DNA from: a virus
Lineage: Duplodnaviria > Caudoviricetes
Length of the DNA stretch: 26,804 nt
Virus record (IMG/VR): IMGVR_UViG_3300027771_000869
Span: 1-26,804 of that record
Strand: one strand, 5' to 3'
Part shown: piece after piece, positions 25,376-26,804 of the stretch
Layout: each line of letters starts with the position of its first letter
How positions within the stretch are numbered: position 1 is the stretch's first letter
Translations under genes and position numbers: made by a program
Notes under the pieces: model-generated
Databases searched by the model: none
What the model saw: only the letters and a program-made list of their open reading frames with translations
What the model was told of the DNA's origin: nothing

Positions 25376-25807
25376 TTAAGCATTTGCGTAAGTCATTGTA
25401 CCATCTGATTCAAGAGATACTGAAAAAGTTTCTTCTCCATTGTATTCTCCTGCTCTTTCATAAGATGTAATTATAAAAGCACCTTTTACAGTTGATCCAT
25501 CTCCAAAAACTAAATCGTAATTTAATGAATCTCCAGTAAATGCCGCACCTCTTACATTATTTTCTCCAGCAGAATCTGTAAATACTCCACTTGCAGATAA
25601 ACTCATACTTCTGATACCCATATTCGCACCTAATGCTCTACCAATATCGTTTCCTGATGCTCCATCAAATGTTGCTGAATCTTTTGCAGTTATGTCAACT
25701 GTTTCTCCATTAATAGACATTGATGTACTTCTCATTCCACCAATAACTACTGCTGTTCCACTACTATTTTCTTTCAATAAAAATGCTGAACCTTTTTGTG
25801 CCGCCAT
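25376..25807 (-). CDS. Major tail tube protein (TP901-1/GTA-like)
   Basis: MAAQKGSAFLLK, GGMRSTSMSINGETVDIT, SASGVF, YERAGEYNGEETFSVSLESDG. Confidence 0.92.
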   Translation of the reverse strand: MAAQKGSAFLLKENSSGTAVVIGGMRSTSMSINGETVDITAKDSATFDGASGNDIGRALGANMGIRSMSLSASGVFTDSAGENNVRGAAFTGDSLNYDLVFGDGSTVKGAFIITSYERAGEYNGEETFSVSLESDGTMTYANA

Positions 25808-25843
25808 GTTATTTCTCCTTGTTTATTTTTTATTAATTATTTT

Positions 25844-26248
25844 TTAATTTGTCAATACAAAAACTCTAAATCTTTGCATTCCATGTGTTGTTAAACCATC
25901 ATTTTCTTTTATTATATCAGAGAACTCAAATCTCATATTATTCATAGCACCTGATACTGATAGGCTTGACTCGTGTAATACATCATAAACTAATGACATA
26001 ATTTCTTTTATCTCCTTACTTCCTCTATATCTTGAAAAAGTATGAATCATAAGGGTAAAATCAGTACCCTTTTTTGTTTTTGTTCCATCATCTACCATTG
26101 TTTGATCTCCGATCTTAACATAAGGAAATGCTGTATTCTCTGGTACAAAATCGTAAATATTATTTCCTCCTAACTTTGTTGTTAGAGGACTACTTGCTAA
26201 TAAAGCATTATATACTGTTGTCTGTAATGTGACTGCAAAATCTGTCAT
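25844..26248 (-). CDS. Tail terminator (DUF3168-like)
   Basis: LQTTVYNAL, IYDFVP...FPYVKIG, HTFSRYRG.KE, HGMQRFR. Confidence 0.88.
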   Translation of the reverse strand: MTDFAVTLQTTVYNALLASSPLTTKLGGNNIYDFVPENTAFPYVKIGDQTMVDDGTKTKKGTDFTLMIHTFSRYRGSKEIKEIMSLVYDVLHESSLSVSGAMNNMRFEFSDIIKENDGLTTHGMQRFRVFVLTN

Positions 26249-26694
26249 TTAGTATATTCCATAATTTTTTGTTTAACTCTATTAAATACTGCATTTAATA
26301 TTGGTTTTTTACTTTTTTCAAATGCTGGTAACATAAATGGTCTTGGTTGCATTTTACTTGTACCATATTCTAAAAAAGCTGAATAGTTTGCATTACTTTC
26401 TACATGAACAACATCTGAACTTTTTTGTTTAACAATTATTTTATTTACTAAATTTCCTGTATCACTTGCTGGTGATTGTCCTGGAGCAGATGCTCTATGC
26501 TCTCTACGAGGATTATATTTTTGATACATAACACCTGACTTTGCACCTGTCTGAATACTTTTAATTGCTTCTGTTCTAATTAACTGTCCACCACCTTTAA
26601 CTATCTCTTGAAAAGGTTGTTCCATATCTTTTCCTAATCTATCTAATTGAGATAAAACTTTTTTTAAATTTTTAACATTAAATTTAATATCCAT
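26245..26694 (-). CDS. HK97 gp10-like tail completion protein
   Basis: HRASAPGQSPASDTGNL, YSAFLEYGTSKMQPRPFMLPA. Confidence 0.9.
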   Translation of the reverse strand: MDIKFNVKNLKKVLSQLDRLGKDMEQPFQEIVKGGGQLIRTEAIKSIQTGAKSGVMYQKYNPRREHRASAPGQSPASDTGNLVNKIIVKQKSSDVVHVESNANYSAFLEYGTSKMQPRPFMLPAFEKSKKPILNAVFNRVKQKIMEYTK

Positions 26695-26804
26695 TAGTTT
26701 GCCACATCTTCAATAGCTTCTAAAGTAATATAATTATTATTATCATTCTCATCATTAATCTTAACTATATTAAAAGTTCTAGTTCCAAATTTTATTCTCA
26801 TATT
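26694..26804 (-). CDS. Head-closure / head-tail joining protein (SPP1 gp16-like), C-terminal part
   Basis: Manual translation NMRIKFGTRTFNIVKINDENDNNNYITLEAIEDVAN*; TAATG overlap with the gp10-like gene. Confidence 0.7.
   Translation of the reverse strand, partial: NMRIKFGTRTFNIVKINDENDNNNYITLEAIEDVAN

Noticed and set aside
15802-25379. Plus-strand ORFs 15802-16059, 18933-19148, 22833-23339 and 25185-25379
   Set aside because: Antisense shadows of tail genes; no independent support.
22469-26694. Gene transfer agent rather than phage
   Set aside because: Tail genes are GTA-like, but the long TMP, large accessory blocks, linked lysis genes and convergent phage-type ORFs fit a true phage.

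Overview
AT-rich (roughly 30% GC by eye) segment of a tailed dsDNA phage with a lambda/GTA-like non-contractile (siphovirus-type) tail. The GTA-like chaperones and base composition suggest a low-GC aquatic alphaproteobacterial host such as SAR11, but this is inference. Almost all genes are on the minus strand. Read right to left: head closure (partial), HK97 gp10-like, DUF3168 terminator, tail tube, G/GT chaperones with a -1 frameshift, tape measure, Dit, a block of six small mostly membrane/secreted genes, hub, NlpC/P60-like protein, J-like tip protein and tail fibre. Next come three paralogous Kelch-like beta-propeller proteins (30 repeats, 5 propellers), one with an inserted amicyanin-like copper motif. 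These are followed by a tightly coupled cassette of a coiled-coil protein, a sulfotransferase, four 2OG-Fe(II) oxygenases and a GT-A glycosyltransferase, then the lysis genes, a metallophosphoesterase and an HExxH protein. Three plus-strand ORFs converge from the left. The best candidate for an undescribed system is the propeller array plus the hydroxylation/glycosylation/sulfation cassette, possibly a virion-protein decoration pathway acting on Pro-rich propeller loops. A second striking signal is near-total avoidance of GCWGC through recoding of Ala-Ala pairs. All calls come from motif recognition by eye; no searches were run.
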